This document shows, piece after piece, positions 1-12,227 of a DNA stretch of 64,000 nucleotides. Made by a program: the position numbers and the translations under genes. Source of the stretch: Opitutales bacterium (GTDB lineage Bacteria; Verrucomicrobiota; Verrucomicrobiia; Opitutales; UBA2987); NCBI GenBank assembly GCA_965226885.1, contig CBDDEL010000016.1, positions 672,001-736,000 of the forward strand, read 5' to 3'. Numbering within the stretch: position 1 is the first letter of the stretch; each line of letters starts with the position of its first letter. A model generated the notes under the pieces. That model saw only the letters and a list, made by a program, of their open reading frames with translations, made no database searches and was not told the origin of the DNA.

Positions 1-67
1 CGAATTTTATGCGATACGAGGGCCTGATACCTGTCTCCAGGATCCTGCGTTTTTGGATGAGAAATTT

Positions 68-1351
68 TTATATAACGGTATTATCCGGTATTACGGCATT
101 TTTGCCGACAATGAGCACTTTATCCCGCACATAAACATCGCCTTTTTCGAATAAGTCGGGTTTGCCTAGGGGGGAGAGGCGCACATTGTTGCCGATGCGG
201 GCGTTTTTATCGATAATGGCATTTTCGATATGGCAGTTTTTGCCAATGCCGATATTCGGAATATCGTAGTCGCTATTGAGCTTTTTTTCGTCATCGGATT
301 CAATCTGGTCCTGTCCCAGCAAGATCACGTATTCCAATGTTGTGCCTTCGCAAACAACGGAACGCACCCCGACCACACAGCGTTTCAAAGTTACCTCGGT
401 GAGGTTGCAACCGTCGGCTATGATAGCCTCGTCGATGTTGCATTGGTTCAATTTGGAGGCGGGTAGGTAGCGGGCATGGGTGTAGATGATGTGTCTGGAA
501 TCGAAAAAATCAAAGGGAGGGTTTTTATTGGTAAGCCTGAGATTGGCTTCAAAAAAAGCCTTCACGGTGCCGATGTCTTCCCAATAACCACCGAATATGT
601 AACTAAACAATCCCACTTTTCCGAGCAAGTCGGGAATCACCTCTTTGCCGAAATCGTCGGCTTGGGTGTTTTCCAAGGCGTCGAAGAGAACGCGCTGGTT
701 GAACACGTAGATGCCCATGGATGCGAGGCAATATTTCCCACTTTGGGAATCATTCAAGGAGGCCGACAATTTCTCGCTCAGGGTCAGCGATTGGATTACT
801 TTTGGGTCACTTGGTTTTTCCACAAATTCAGTTATGGAGAGATCGTCTTCGACCCTCATGACGCCGAATTCGCTGACTTCAGTATCGGGGATCGGTTTGG
901 CGGAGATGGTGACATCGGCTCCAGTTCGTCGGTGCTGTTCAATAATATCCCGAAAATCCATGCGGTAGAGCTGGTCGCCCGATAGAATCAGAAAGAGGTC
1001 ATTTTCCTCGGCATTGAAATGATGACGGTTTTGCCGCACCGCATCAGAGGTTCCCTGGTACCAGTGCTCCCCGGACTGGGTTTGCTCGGCTGATAAAATA
1101 TCGACAAAACCACCCCCGAATGGATCGAATTTGTAAGATTCCTGAATATGACGGTGCAAAGAGGCAGTGTTAAACTGGGTCAGCAAGTAAATTCTGTTGA
1201 GCCTGGAGTTGAGACAATTGCTGATAGGGATATCGACCAGCCGGTATTTTCCTGCGAGGGGAATAGCAGGCTTGCAACGCTGTTCAGTCAAAGGGTATAA
1301 ACGGGACCCTCTTCCCCCTCCCATGATGACGCAGATTACCTTTGATTTCAT
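68..1351 (-). CDS. glgC: Glucose-1-phosphate adenylyltransferase
   Basis: GGGRGSRLYPLT..RCKPA motif, WYQGT, FVEKP, ASMGIY, YWEDIG; C-terminal beta-helix. Confidence 0.96.
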   Translation of the reverse strand: MKSKVICVIMGGGRGSRLYPLTEQRCKPAIPLAGKYRLVDIPISNCLNSRLNRIYLLTQFNTASLHRHIQESYKFDPFGGGFVDILSAEQTQSGEHWYQGTSDAVRQNRHHFNAEENDLFLILSGDQLYRMDFRDIIEQHRRTGADVTISAKPIPDTEVSEFGVMRVEDDLSITEFVEKPSDPKVIQSLTLSEKLSASLNDSQSGKYCLASMGIYVFNQRVLFDALENTQADDFGKEVIPDLLGKVGLFSYIFGGYWEDIGTVKAFFEANLRLTNKNPPFDFFDSRHIIYTHARYLPASKLNQCNIDEAIIADGCNLTEVTLKRCVVGVRSVVCEGTTLEYVILLGQDQIESDDEKKLNSDYDIPNIGIGKNCHIENAIIDKNARIGNNVRLSPLGKPDLFEKGDVYVRDKVLIVGKNAVIPDNTVI

Positions 1352-1421
1352 CAGTTACCTATATTATTCCGTAATTATTTAATATTACAAACAACATTTA
1401 ATCTTAAAACGAATTTTTCTG

Positions 1422-3272
1422 ATGTGTGGTATATTTGCTTATGTGGGTAGGCATAAGGCAGGGGGAATCCTTCTGGAAGGCCTCAAGCGATTGGAATATC
1501 GGGGTTACGACTCCGCCGGCCTGGCCGTGGCCGAAAAGGATAAACTGCGGATTATCAAAAAGAAAGGGCGAGTAAAAGTCGTCGCGGCGAAAGTCCGCAA
1601 GGCGCGTTTAACGGCAGTCATGGGCATCAGCCACACCCGATGGGCCACCCACGGCGATGTCAACGACGTAAACGCCCACCCCCACCTCAGCGACGACTCG
1701 AAAATCGCTCTGGCTCATAATGGGGTGATCGAGAATTACGAATCAATAAAAAAATTCCTGCTCAGCCGCGACCACAGTTTCCAATCCGAAACCGATACCG
1801 AAGTGCTGACCAACTTGATCGCCTACCATTACGCCAAAGAACCTCGCGAAGAGGGCAAAAACCGCTTTTTGGAAAGTGTGCGCAAAAGCCTTCACCACCT
1901 GGAAGGGACCTACGGAATCGCCGTGATCTGCGCCGATTGCCCCCATCAAATTGTGGGGGCAAGAAAAGGCTCCCCCCTCGTCTTAGGCATCGGCAACGGG
2001 GAAAATATGATTTCCAGCGATGTCTCCGCTTTTGCCGGGCGAACCCAGAATGTCGTTTATCTAGATGATGGACAGGTGGTTTCCATTACGCGGGACGACT
2101 TTTCGGTCACCACCATAATGGACGAAAGCGTCCAGCCGATCATCAACCGGGTGGATTGGGAAATCGAAGAATCCGTCCTGGGCTCATTTTCCCATTACAT
2201 GGAAAAGGAGATTTTCGAGCAGCCCACATCGCTCGAAAACACCATGCGAGGGCGCTTTTCCGATGACGGTTCGACAGCCAAATTTGGCGGATTGAACATC
2301 GAAGCACGCGATTTGCGGCAAATCGACCGCATCCTTTTCTGCGCCTGTGGGACCGCCTGGCATGCCTGCCTGGTGGCCGAATACCTGATCGAACGCTACG
2401 CCCGTCTGCCAGTGGAAGTCGAATATGCCTCCGAGTTTCGCTACCGCAACGCCCCTCTGGATAGAAACACCCTCATATTCGTCATCAGCCAGAGCGGCGA
2501 AACGATCGATACCCTGGAGGCCCTGCGGGAGTCCAAACGAAAAGGCTTTCGCACCCTCGCATTCACCAATGTCGTCGGCTCGACCATTGCCCGGGAAACC
2601 GATGGTGGCATTTACCAACACGCCGGACCCGAAATCGGGGTCGCCTCCACCAAGGCATTCACCTCGCAAATCCTCCTCGCCGCGATGGTGGCGCTATACC
2701 TCGGCCGGCTCCGAGATCTCAGCTTCAACGACGGGGTGGAAATCGTCAATGCCCTCAAAAAAACGCCCGGCCTGGTCAGCCAGATACTCGATCAAACGGA
2801 AAAAATCAAAACCATCGCGGAAAAATACGCGGATTGCCGGGATTTCCTCTTTCTGGGACGTCAACTGATGTTTCCGATGGCCCTGGAAGGCGCCCTCAAA
2901 CTGAAGGAAATCTCCTACATCCACGCCGAAGGCTACCCGGCGGCGGAAATGAAACACGGCCCCATCGCCCTCATCGGCCCCCAATGCCCCACCGTATATA
3001 TTGCCCCGAAAGGTGATATATTTAAGAAAAACCTGACCAATATCCAGGAGATCAAAGCCCGCAAAGGACCCATCATCGCCATCACATCCGCCCGAGAAGA
3101 ATTTCCCCAGGATCTGGCCGACGATATCATATACATCCCCCAAAGCCATGAATGCGTAACCCCCATTCTGGCCGCAATACCCCTGCAATTACTGGCCTAC
3201 TACATCGCCCGCCACCGAGGTTGCGACGTGGATAAACCCCGCAACCTGGCCAAATCCGTCACCGTGGAATAA
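1422..3272 (+). CDS. glmS: Glutamine--fructose-6-phosphate transaminase (isomerizing)
   Basis: MCGI N-terminus, LEYRGYDSAG, HTRWATHG, SQSGET, C-terminal PRNLAKSVTVE. Confidence 0.98.
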   Translation: MCGIFAYVGRHKAGGILLEGLKRLEYRGYDSAGLAVAEKDKLRIIKKKGRVKVVAAKVRKARLTAVMGISHTRWATHGDVNDVNAHPHLSDDSKIALAHNGVIENYESIKKFLLSRDHSFQSETDTEVLTNLIAYHYAKEPREEGKNRFLESVRKSLHHLEGTYGIAVICADCPHQIVGARKGSPLVLGIGNGENMISSDVSAFAGRTQNVVYLDDGQVVSITRDDFSVTTIMDESVQPIINRVDWEIEESVLGSFSHYMEKEIFEQPTSLENTMRGRFSDDGSTAKFGGLNIEARDLRQIDRILFCACGTAWHACLVAEYLIERYARLPVEVEYASEFRYRNAPLDRNTLIFVISQSGETIDTLEALRESKRKGFRTLAFTNVVGSTIARETDGGIYQHAGPEIGVASTKAFTSQILLAAMVALYLGRLRDLSFNDGVEIVNALKKTPGLVSQILDQTEKIKTIAEKYADCRDFLFLGRQLMFPMALEGALKLKEISYIHAEGYPAAEMKHGPIALIGPQCPTVYIAPKGDIFKKNLTNIQEIKARKGPIIAITSAREEFPQDLADDIIYIPQSHECVTPILAAIPLQLLAYYIARHRGCDVDKPRNLAKSVTVE

Positions 3273-3295
3273 AAGAAATACTCTTCCGGTGCTGG

Positions 3296-3390
3296 TGTAG
3301 ACGGACAATAAAGTAGTATCCTGGACAATATAAATGTAACCTGGACAATAAACTTGGAAACTGGCCACTCTGCGCCGGACAATAAAGTCT
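3296..3390 (+). repeat. Tn7 right end with repeated TnsB-binding sites
   Basis: TGTAGACGGACAATAAAGT resembles Tn7R TGTGGGCGGACAATAAAGT; GGACAATA at 3303, 3323, 3343 (20-bp period) and 3377; candidate 5-bp target GCTGG at 3291-3295. Confidence 0.9.
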
Positions 3391-3434
3391 GCCCCCGTCC
3401 TCGCCAAATCGCGGAATGAACGCAACTTGTTGAA

Positions 3435-4097
3435 TCATAAAGGATTCCGATGATCTCCCAGGATACGTTCAACCTCTGAGGAATCCCCGACTCGGTAGTC
3501 AACGGCCAAGTTTGCAACCGCCGTCTGCCATTCCATCCCGAAGACAAGGGCCATCGCCGCATCGCGGAGAGATTCCTGCGATCCGATGTCTAGTCGCTTC
3601 AAATACTTCCTGCTGCGCAGCTTCGGTTCCAAACAAGCCAGCAATACGATATCGAAATCGAACGATTTCGCCACGATGACACCCAACCGACGGATTGCCT
3701 CGGGCTGCGGTTTCCTCAATTTGACGTTTTTTGGAAGTTCTCCTTTCGGTGCATCCGGAACGTAATCTGGCTGAAGCTGAAATGACCCCTTCTCCACGTC
3801 ATCGATGGTAATCTCTGGGCGAATCGGGCGCAATTTACGCCCTAGTTCTCTGGCTGCCTCGCTGATCTCGGACTCATCTCTGAACCCGGCTTCCACTTCT
3901 GCCCACTCCAATCGCACCATAACCTTTTCCGTTAGCTGGCGATCGCCTCTGTTTACCAACATAAGTAAGGATGTGCTGACCCTCAGTTTCCTCGCCATTT
4001 GAGGCCATGTTAGTTCTTCCGTTTTCTTAAGTCGCCTCAATCGCTCGGAATGGTTGGAGGGATTTTTTTTCCGTATTTCCATCTTTTTATTTGACAT
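3435..4097 (-). CDS. XRE/HTH-like N-terminal domain protein, divergent from tnsA
   Basis: SERLRRLKKTEELTWPQMARKLRVSTSLLMLVNRGDR is HTH_3-like; C-terminal ~150 aa unrecognised. Confidence 0.6.
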   Translation of the reverse strand: MSNKKMEIRKKNPSNHSERLRRLKKTEELTWPQMARKLRVSTSLLMLVNRGDRQLTEKVMVRLEWAEVEAGFRDESEISEAARELGRKLRPIRPEITIDDVEKGSFQLQPDYVPDAPKGELPKNVKLRKPQPEAIRRLGVIVAKSFDFDIVLLACLEPKLRSRKYLKRLDIGSQESLRDAAMALVFGMEWQTAVANLAVDYRVGDSSEVERILGDHRNPL

Positions 4098-4188
4098 TTG
4101 ACATTTGACAATAGCTATAATATATAGTTTTATACAGCTTATAACGGGTAAATTTATACTAATTTATATATATTCTGTAGCTATTATA

Positions 4189-5993
4189 GAGGCTGTCCCA
4201 AAAATATAAAGATTTTATAGTCAACTGGATGACGTTGATAAAAAGAGCCGGAAAGAGCAAGTTTTTGCTCGATCCGGCCAAAAAAGGGTTCTATAATTGA
4301 GTTAGCGAAAATCAATATAGCCCTTTCTATGAAAAATATAGCCATCCAATGCCTCCTGCGTCCAGCTTTAACTGTGGTCGACCGGTGCCTCGATTACGAT
4401 AACTTCCGCGCCACCATTGATCGAATCGATCGGCTGCTGATCGACTCGGAGGTGGAATCGCAGGCCATTGAGCTGGCCTTGGAGGGGTGGCCGCCAATGG
4501 GTCTAAAGGCCCGGCGGCAGCGGGCCAGTTTTGCCATCAAGGCACTGCGCATGGATACGCTGGGCCGTCTGCTCGGAGGGATTTCGTTTCGGCATTTGTC
4601 GCGGGCTCTGGGCAGCAGCGATCTGTTGGCCGACTTTTGCCGTGTCCGGCAGATCGATGGCATCAGGGGCATCTCCAAAAGCACCCTGGAGCGGGCCTCG
4701 AAGTTTTTCAGCGAAGAGCAGTTGAGGGCCTTGCACCGGACCTTGACTGAGGTGGTGGGCGATGCCCTTCTGGGCCGGCAGGTGGGATTGGACAAGCCGA
4801 TTGACACCACCATTTGCCTGATCGACGGCACCTGTTTGGAGGCTAACATTCATTGGCCGACGGACTGGGTATTACTCAAGGATGTAGCCGGCACGTTGCT
4901 CAAAGCGATCCGGCTGATCCGCGAGAAGGCCGGTTTGCGCCATCGCATGCCGATCGAACCGGAGCCCTTGGCTCGGCAGATGACCCACAGCCGGCGGCGA
5001 AAGGACAGCGCGCGGCAGCGCAAGGGTATCTTGAGGCAGATGAAAAAGCTGCTCAAACGGATCGGGGAGCATGCCCGCAGTCACCGGGAATTATTGCAAG
5101 CCTGCTGGGAGCAAAGCGATTACAGCGAAAAACAGGTCCAACAGATCCTCGCCCGGATGGAGCGCATGAGCGAGCAAATCCCGGTGGTCATCAAACAGGC
5201 GCACGAGCGGATCATTGGCGGCCGCCAGGTGAAAAACGCAGAGAAAGTCTTGAGTGTTTACGAACTCGATGGGCAGGTGATTGTGCGAGGTAAAGCGGGC
5301 CAAGAGGTCGAGTTCGGCAACACCCTGTTTTTGGGAGAAAGCGTTGAAGGGTACCTGCTGGACTGGAAACTCTACGGCAGCCGAACTCCAAGCGAAAATG
5401 AACAAATGCAAGAGAGTTTGCAAAGACAGAACCGCTTCAACCTGGAAGAACCCATAGCGGCCATGTGCGCGGACCGGGGATTTGCCTCCCAGCGGGCCCG
5501 CCGGCAGTTAGCCCAGGAGGGAATCTACGACGCGCTCTGTCCACGCGATCCGAAGCAGTTGAAAAAACGGATGGAGGAACCACTGTTCAGACAATTGCAA
5601 AAGCGCCGGGCCAGCACCGAAGGGCGGATCGGGGGGATCGGGGTATTGAAGAATCGCTGGCAGGCCGGGCGGTTGCGCAGCAAAGGCTTTGCCAACCGCT
5701 CGATCAGCGTAGCCTGGTCGGTACTCTCGCACAACCTATGGAAAGTAGCCAAGATGCTGGCCCAGCAAGACGAACTAAAAACCAAAGCGGCGGCCTAGAG
5801 AGCGGAAAAGCAAGGACAATACTTTTTCACAGCCGTACTGTCGGCTCATACAAAGAAAACCAGGCAACCGGACCCCAAAACCAGTATCCTAACGTCATAG
5901 GAGAGCAAAGTTGATACTCTCCCAAATGCAAATACCTCTAAAATGAGCGCCTATCAAAAGCCCTCGCAAAAATCACCCTTTTTGGACAGCCTC
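4189..5993 (+). mobile_element. IS5/ISNCY-like IS, copy 1 (transposase 4329..5798)
   Basis: IRs GAGGCTGTCC/GGACAGCCTC; flanks TATTATA/CATTATA; DGT..EANIHWPTD, RGKAG..VEFG, ADRGF motifs; 21-bp deletion and 9-bp duplication relative to sister copies. Confidence 0.88.
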
Positions 5994-6053
5994 CATTATA
6001 GGACTTTTGCGAGCTTAATTTTTAATCATCCAAATTTTAAACCTTTAAACCCC

Positions 6054-6906
6054 ATGCCCAAACGCAAAAGAGAGACCACCGCTACGACTATAGAGAAACG
6101 GATTTCCGAGGGGCGCGGGCAAGGTCGGGGAGCCGCTTACACGCCGTGGCTCAATATCCACGATGTCGGCTCCAATGGAGTGTCTAGTCGAATCAACGGC
6201 TGGACGACGTCCTGGATCCACCATCTCCTCAGTCGGGGGGAAACTGCAAACTTTTATGTTTTCGACTACGCGAAGCAAGTTGTCGACATTCGGGAGCAAT
6301 TTCCCCTTTTACCAATTGAAAAAACGATTGCCATCGCTGAACGATTGGGAGTTCGACACCCATCCGACCCAAAAACTCGAAGTCCGGTGGTGATGACGAC
6401 GGATTTTTTGCTCACGATCGGGAATGGACTAAATGAGACTGAAGTGGCGCGCACCGTGAAACCTTCCAATGAGCTCGCGTCCTCTCGGGTTCGCGTCCTC
6501 TCGGGTCATTGAAAAGTTTGCCATCGAACTGGAGTATTGGAAGGCCAGAAAGACCAATTGGGGCATCATTTGTGAAGATCGGGTAACCCAGACGGTCGCC
6601 CGGAATATTGAATGGGTGCACAATTTTCGCGATCTTCCAGAAGGCCTGTCTCTGGCTGAAAAAGGGCTCGAGCAAATCGAAACCTTCCTCATTCCATTGA
6701 TATCTTCTAAAACGGCACCTTCACGAGCTACTTCAGAATGCGACGACAGACTCGGATTGGAGCCGGGAACGGCCCTCTCAGCCGTCCGGCATTTTATCGC
6801 GACTCGTCGCTGGGCTGTGAAGATGACCCGGCGCATCGATCCGACCTCTCCACTGATTTTCACTAAAACGCCCGTGCCAGCCAAGAATACTGCGGCTGCA
6901 GCCTGA
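6054..6906 (+). pseudogene. tnsA: TnsA endonuclease, frameshifted
   Basis: EGRGQG..YTPWL, HHLLS..E, DIREQFPL, VMTTDFL; 16-bp tandem duplication at 6475-6506 shifts frame; removing it gives 278 aa. Confidence 0.9.
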
Positions 6907-6913
6907 TTGCCCC

Positions 6914-9900
6914 ATGAATCTCATCGTTAACATGACACTCGAATGGTCCGATTCCGAGGGCGAAAAACATATCGATCGGGTACTAGAGATCACGCCCGAC
7001 CGAGTTGTTCTGTTCGAAATCTCCGATCCAAACGCTTTTCCTAGATTTCATCCAAAATCCGAAATTCTTGATGCAATTGAGCGCAAGTATTGCACGCTTC
7101 TGCCCCCCGTTTCGTCTCCACAATTACTTCGCCGTGAAGAGTCAATCCCAAAACATCATCGCGAGCGTCGCGACCTTGCTTGGGAGATCATCAAAGTTAT
7201 CATCGAAGCTCCAAACTATGGGACGTTTGATGCCGAAATTCGTGGGAAAATAATTCGTGAAGCTGTGGCGCGTACTGGTAAATCGAAGAAGACAATTTAC
7301 AAGTACTTAAGGAAATACTGGCGCTACGGTTGCGCGAAAAATGCTTTGCTTCCATGTTTCCACAAATGTGGAGGAAAAGGGAAATTACGGACTCCCGGTG
7401 AAAAAAAACGGGGGCGGCAGAACCAGACCCGAAGGGCCATGGGAGTTCAGGATGGGATTAATATTGGCCCAGAAGAAAAGGACAAAATTCGTCAAGGCAT
7501 CAAACGGTTCCATGACAATCCCAGATTAAGAGGGAAATACACGTTGGAAGAAGCTTACAATCGGACGTTGGGAGACTTTTTTCATATTCGTTATGATTTA
7601 ATCGATGATCTAATGGTCCCAGTATTACCGCCTGTTAATGAGCTTCCTTCGTTCCGACAGTTCAAGTATGTATATTACAAGGACAGAGACCTTTCGATTA
7701 CTTTGATAGCTCGTAAAGGCCAAAGGCGCTTCAACCTAAACCGTCGAGCCGTCATTGGCGATTCCTCTAACCCGGATATTTCATGAAGGGTAAAGTTTGG
7801 CTCGTTATTGCTATTGGAGATGGATTTCTTTGTATTTTGAGCAGATCGTCTTGATTTTTAGGTGTTTTTCAGGGTGTAGAGACACTGCCCCCTTTCCCCC
7901 ATTGGTTCGGTAGTGCCGGGGGCAGCACCAATGCACCCTTTAGGTTGGCACCAATCGGCGGGCCGCATGGTTGAAAAGACTGGCCCAAGGATAACTCTCA
8001 CTTAGGTGAAAGTGAATCGTTCGGGTGTTGCGCACGATGACCGCTCCGATCTTGATTAATTTGAGCCGCAGGGTGTGGCATTGGGCCCGCGCCCACTTCG
8101 TCCCTTTTAAGGCTAACCGGCGCATGGCTTCCATCAAGGTGTAGGCCAGCGCCGACAAGAGCAATCGCCACTGATTGGCCCACCATTGATGGGCGCTGGT
8201 GCGCTCGCTGAACAATTGCATCTGTTCCTTGATTCGGTTCTCCATTTCACCGCGGCCACAGTATACCTTGTCGTAAAGCTCCTGGGGATCGCCCGGCAGG
8301 TTCGTCACCACGAAGCGCGGGTTGGACCCCTGTGTGGTGTGTTCGGCTTTATGGATGACCAACCGCAGCCATCGCCACGAATCGGCAGCATAGACGAAGT
8401 CCTGGAATAACCGTTGTTTTTTACCCCTTAGTTCGAACCATTCTTTGGCCTGCTTTTGCAACTGCTGGGCGTCTTGCTGCAAGCGTGCATTGCGAGCCAT
8501 CCCCACGATGTAACTAACTTCGTTGCGGTCGCACCAAGAGAGTATCCGGTCTCGACAAAATCCACTGTCGGCGCGCCAAATAATCCGCTTACGGGGCCAG
8601 CTTTGGCGAATCCGTTTAACCAGCAATTTGAGGATGGCCCCGGCATGCTTGCTGGCATCGATCTTGCTCGGCCGCAGGTAGGCCACCAGCAGCTGATCAC
8701 CGCAAAAAACATATAGCGGCAGAAAACAGTAATGATCATAATAACCGTGGAAAAAACGTCCCTCCTGGAGCCCGTGCACCGGATTGTCGGTGGCGTCAAA
8801 GTCCAGGATGATCTCTTCGGGTTCCTCGGCAAAGGAGCCCATGAACTGTTCGACCAACAGCTCGTTTACCGCAAAGGCCGCCCGCCGATCCTGCCCGTTT
8901 TCAAAACGACACAAAGTCGGCGCGCTGGCCAACGTTTCAATGCGCCCCGTTACCGTTTGCAACAATGGATCGTGGCGCAGGGTATCAAAGTCGTTTAAAT
9001 CCTCATAGCCCGCCACCAGCCCGTAAACGCGCTGCCGCAGCATCCCCAAGACCTCATGGCGTACTTTGCCCTTCTGCCGTTTGTCCACTAACTGTCGGGC
9101 CGCTCGTTCGGTCAAGCCCAACTGCCGATCCACTTCCCGGATCAAAAGCAGTCCGGCATCCGAAGTAACCTCTCCGCCCTTGAAATCAACCCGCACACGG
9201 CGGCCTTTTACCCTTGTCAACTGTAGCTTTAATTGTTTACCTTTTGTCATCGCTGATATTGCTTTAATTATTGATCTATCCTGCTGTATATCAGCAGTTA
9301 AGCATATCAACGATACTTTTTTTACGAAATATCCGGGCTAAGACTGTATTCGGCCCCGGTTGCGTTTACCAAATCGATGCCACTAATTCGGATATATACC
9401 TTGTCGGTTCCTTGGACCGAAAGAGAATAATCGGCCGCCCGACTCTTTACTTTCTTGTGGATGTATTTTCCCGATCGATCGTGGGCTTCAATGTTACCAC
9501 CGAAAATGCAAGCTATTTAGCGGCGGCACTGGCCATCGAAAACGCGGCTTCGGACAAAGTCGGATTCTGTGAACGTCACGGTATCACGATTTCGAGGGAG
9601 GATTGGCCCTGTCAACATCTACCAGAATGCATCGTCGCCGACCGGGGTGAATTAGAGGGTCCCAAGGCCGATACTCTGATAAACAGTCTGAATATAAAAT
9701 TGGATAATACCCCGCCTTACCGAGCCGATCTTAAGGGACTCGTGGAGAGAAACTTCCGAACAGTGAATGATAATATCATTCATTGGCTTCCCGGTCACGT
9801 AAAGAAAAACCGCGAGCGAGGGGATCGAGATCACCGACTCGATGCCGTTTTGGATCTCCAGCAATTTACCAAACTCATTATCCACTTTATCCTCGATTAC

Positions 9901-10662
9901 AATCGGTCTTGGTTGAACAACTATCGTCCAGACGAGCACATGATAGCCGACCAACTGGAACCGAGGCCAACAATGCTTTGGGAGTGGGGGATTATAAATC
10001 GTTCCGGGTATCTGCGCCAAATGGATCCAGACCTGCTGCGAATGAACCTGCTGCCCTCGGCAAAAGCTACGGTCACACCAAAAGGTATCCGTTTCCAAAA
10101 AGTTTTCTACGCCTGCGAAAGGGCCATTAAAAAGCAGTGGTTTGTTCGCGCTCGTACCACTGGTACATGGAAAGTCGACATTGCCTATGATCCCAGGAGC
10201 GTGGACTTTATCTATCTCCGCCCGGACGGCAACACACCTCCCGAAGCATGCAAACTTGTGGATCCTGACCAGCGTTTCCATGGCCGTGCCTGGATCGAAC
10301 TCCACGAGCAGGTTCAGGTCCAAAAAATACAAAAGGAAATCGCAGCAACGAGCGATCGCCAGTCGGGAACTGAATTTCGCGCTAAGGTCAATGTCATCGT
10401 CTCTTCGGCTGAAGAGCAAACCGCAGCCGATCAGACCGGACAGAGCAAACGTGCCCGTGTTGGTGGAATTCGTGCCAACCGGAAGGCGGCGCGCGAACAT
10501 GAACGCCGACTCGCTGTTGCACCAGGACCGTTAGAGAAAGAAGAGCTGAGCGAAGATATTGACCCAGAGGAGTCGCAAGAACCGGGCGACGATTCTTACA
10601 TCCCGCCTCCGTCACAACTGAAACTGCTGGTAACCCATCAGGAAGAACAATGGAAAAAATAG
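6914..10662 (+). pseudogene. tnsB: TnsB DDE transposase split by IS1380
   Basis: Joining 6914-7770 and 9342-10662 gives an open 725-aa frame (IGDSS-KTVFGPG..YQIDAT, ADRGE, KGLVER). Confidence 0.92.
7771..9337 (-). mobile_element. IS1380-family IS, subtype A (transposase 7940..9310)
   Basis: IRs CCCGGATATTTC; TSD CTAA; TSDAGLLL, LDFDATD, RADSGF motifs. Confidence 0.93.
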
Positions 10663-12227
10663 TGAGTATGCCGATCGATCCTCCGCCATTCGAAGTTTTC
10701 TCTGGCCACCGCGAACCGGCTTCCTACCGCGATCCACTCATTCCCATCTATAAAGGCAATCCCCTGATTGAAGCGCTTCCCCCAATCCTCAGTCCGGACG
10801 AGATCTGCCGCGCTCTGGCAAGTTATCCTGAGTATTCAGATGCAGATCGAAGTTATCCGGGACATTTGCGTCTACACATGATTTCAAATACGCTCCAATT
10901 CTTCGCTCCACTGTCCATCCATATTGATTTGGAACAACGAATTTCGCGAATGATCCGCTCCGGTTACCAGGCCCGAAATCCATTGGCACGGAATCATTGG
11001 AAAGAGCTGGATGGTCGAGTTCAGGCAATTCGCCAGTCATCAATACCAAAACCTGTTTATCGATCAACTGCCACCGGCTTTGCAATCATCGGAATTTCAG
11101 GTGAGGGTAAGACAATTGCCATGGAGCAAAATCTGAATCTTTACCCGCAAGTTATTGACCACAGCAGTTATCACGATATTTCGTTTAACCGTACCCAGGT
11201 CGTATGGCTTAAGTTGGCTTGCCCGTTTGATGGCTCGATCAAAGGACTCTGCCTTAATTTTTTTCAATCGTTGGATTTCATTCTCGGAACCGACTATTAT
11301 CACGAATATTCCAGTAGCCGGAGAAAGACAGTTGATGAGCTTCTACCCGCCATGTCGCGAATCGCGTCGATCCATTCTATCGGCGTGCTCGTAATTGACG
11401 AAATCCAACATTTGTGTGTAAGCAAGTCCGGCGGTGCGGAGAAAATGCTGAATTTCTTCGTCCAGCTGATCAACACCATCGGATTGCCCGTCGTTCTTAT
11501 CGGCACATATAAGGCCGAGCCCATGCTGTCCGCTGAATTTCGTCAGATTCGCCGCGGTTCTGGCCAGGGAGAAATGCGCTGGGACCGGATGCGCAATGAC
11601 GAGGAGTGGCGGTATTTTCTGAAAGCCTTATGGCGTTACCAGTACACGCGAGAAGTCGTCCCGCTAACCGAGGAACTCGGTTGCGCATTGTATGAGGAAT
11701 GCCAGGGAATATTGGATCTCGCGGTCAAGATGTACATGCTGGCGCAGGTTAGGGCAATTACCACCGAAAAAGAACGCGTAACGCCCGGGATAATCCGTTC
11801 GGTGGCCATTGATTCTTTCAAAATGGCTCAACCCGTTTTGAAAGCCCTCCGTACCGGAGACACCATGGCCCTGCGCTTATTAAATGATGTTTATCCGGTT
11901 GAAATCGACCGTGAAATTCAGAGGGAACAACAAAATGTTGCGACTACTAGAGCAATAGCATCAGCCAGTCCAAACGGATCCCATACAGCCAGAAACCCGG
12001 TCCAAACCGAAACCTCAAGTGCTCGCCCCGAATCACCAGTTAACCGTTCTCCCAAGAAGCCTCGACGCATATCCAAACGCGCCAAGCGAAAGAAAAAGCC
12101 CGTTCCGCCAGGTAGTCTAATGGCGATTGTAGCCGACGGCGAAGCAGAAGGTTTATCTCCATTCGACGCGTTGAAAGCAAACGGCTTCATCAAATCAGCA
12201 ATTGAATTCCTCGACGACGTGGCATGA
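10650..12227 (+). CDS. tnsC: TnsC AAA+ ATPase
   Basis: GNPLIEALPP, Walker A GISGEGKT, Walker B VLVIDEIQHL, MLNFFVQLINTIG. Confidence 0.93.
   Translation: MEKIVSMPIDPPPFEVFSGHREPASYRDPLIPIYKGNPLIEALPPILSPDEICRALASYPEYSDADRSYPGHLRLHMISNTLQFFAPLSIHIDLEQRISRMIRSGYQARNPLARNHWKELDGRVQAIRQSSIPKPVYRSTATGFAIIGISGEGKTIAMEQNLNLYPQVIDHSSYHDISFNRTQVVWLKLACPFDGSIKGLCLNFFQSLDFILGTDYYHEYSSSRRKTVDELLPAMSRIASIHSIGVLVIDEIQHLCVSKSGGAEKMLNFFVQLINTIGLPVVLIGTYKAEPMLSAEFRQIRRGSGQGEMRWDRMRNDEEWRYFLKALWRYQYTREVVPLTEELGCALYEECQGILDLAVKMYMLAQVRAITTEKERVTPGIIRSVAIDSFKMAQPVLKALRTGDTMALRLLNDVYPVEIDREIQREQQNVATTRAIASASPNGSHTARNPVQTETSSARPESPVNRSPKKPRRISKRAKRKKKPVPPGSLMAIVADGEAEGLSPFDALKANGFIKSAIEFLDDVA

Noticed and set aside
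1352..1421. glmS ribozyme
   Set aside because: Only 70 bp of AT-rich divergent intergenic DNA; too short and no motif
3296..3390. 20-bp periodic repeats as a mini CRISPR array or CAST
   Set aside because: Repeats are contiguous TnsB-site-like units with no spacers; no cas genes in the window
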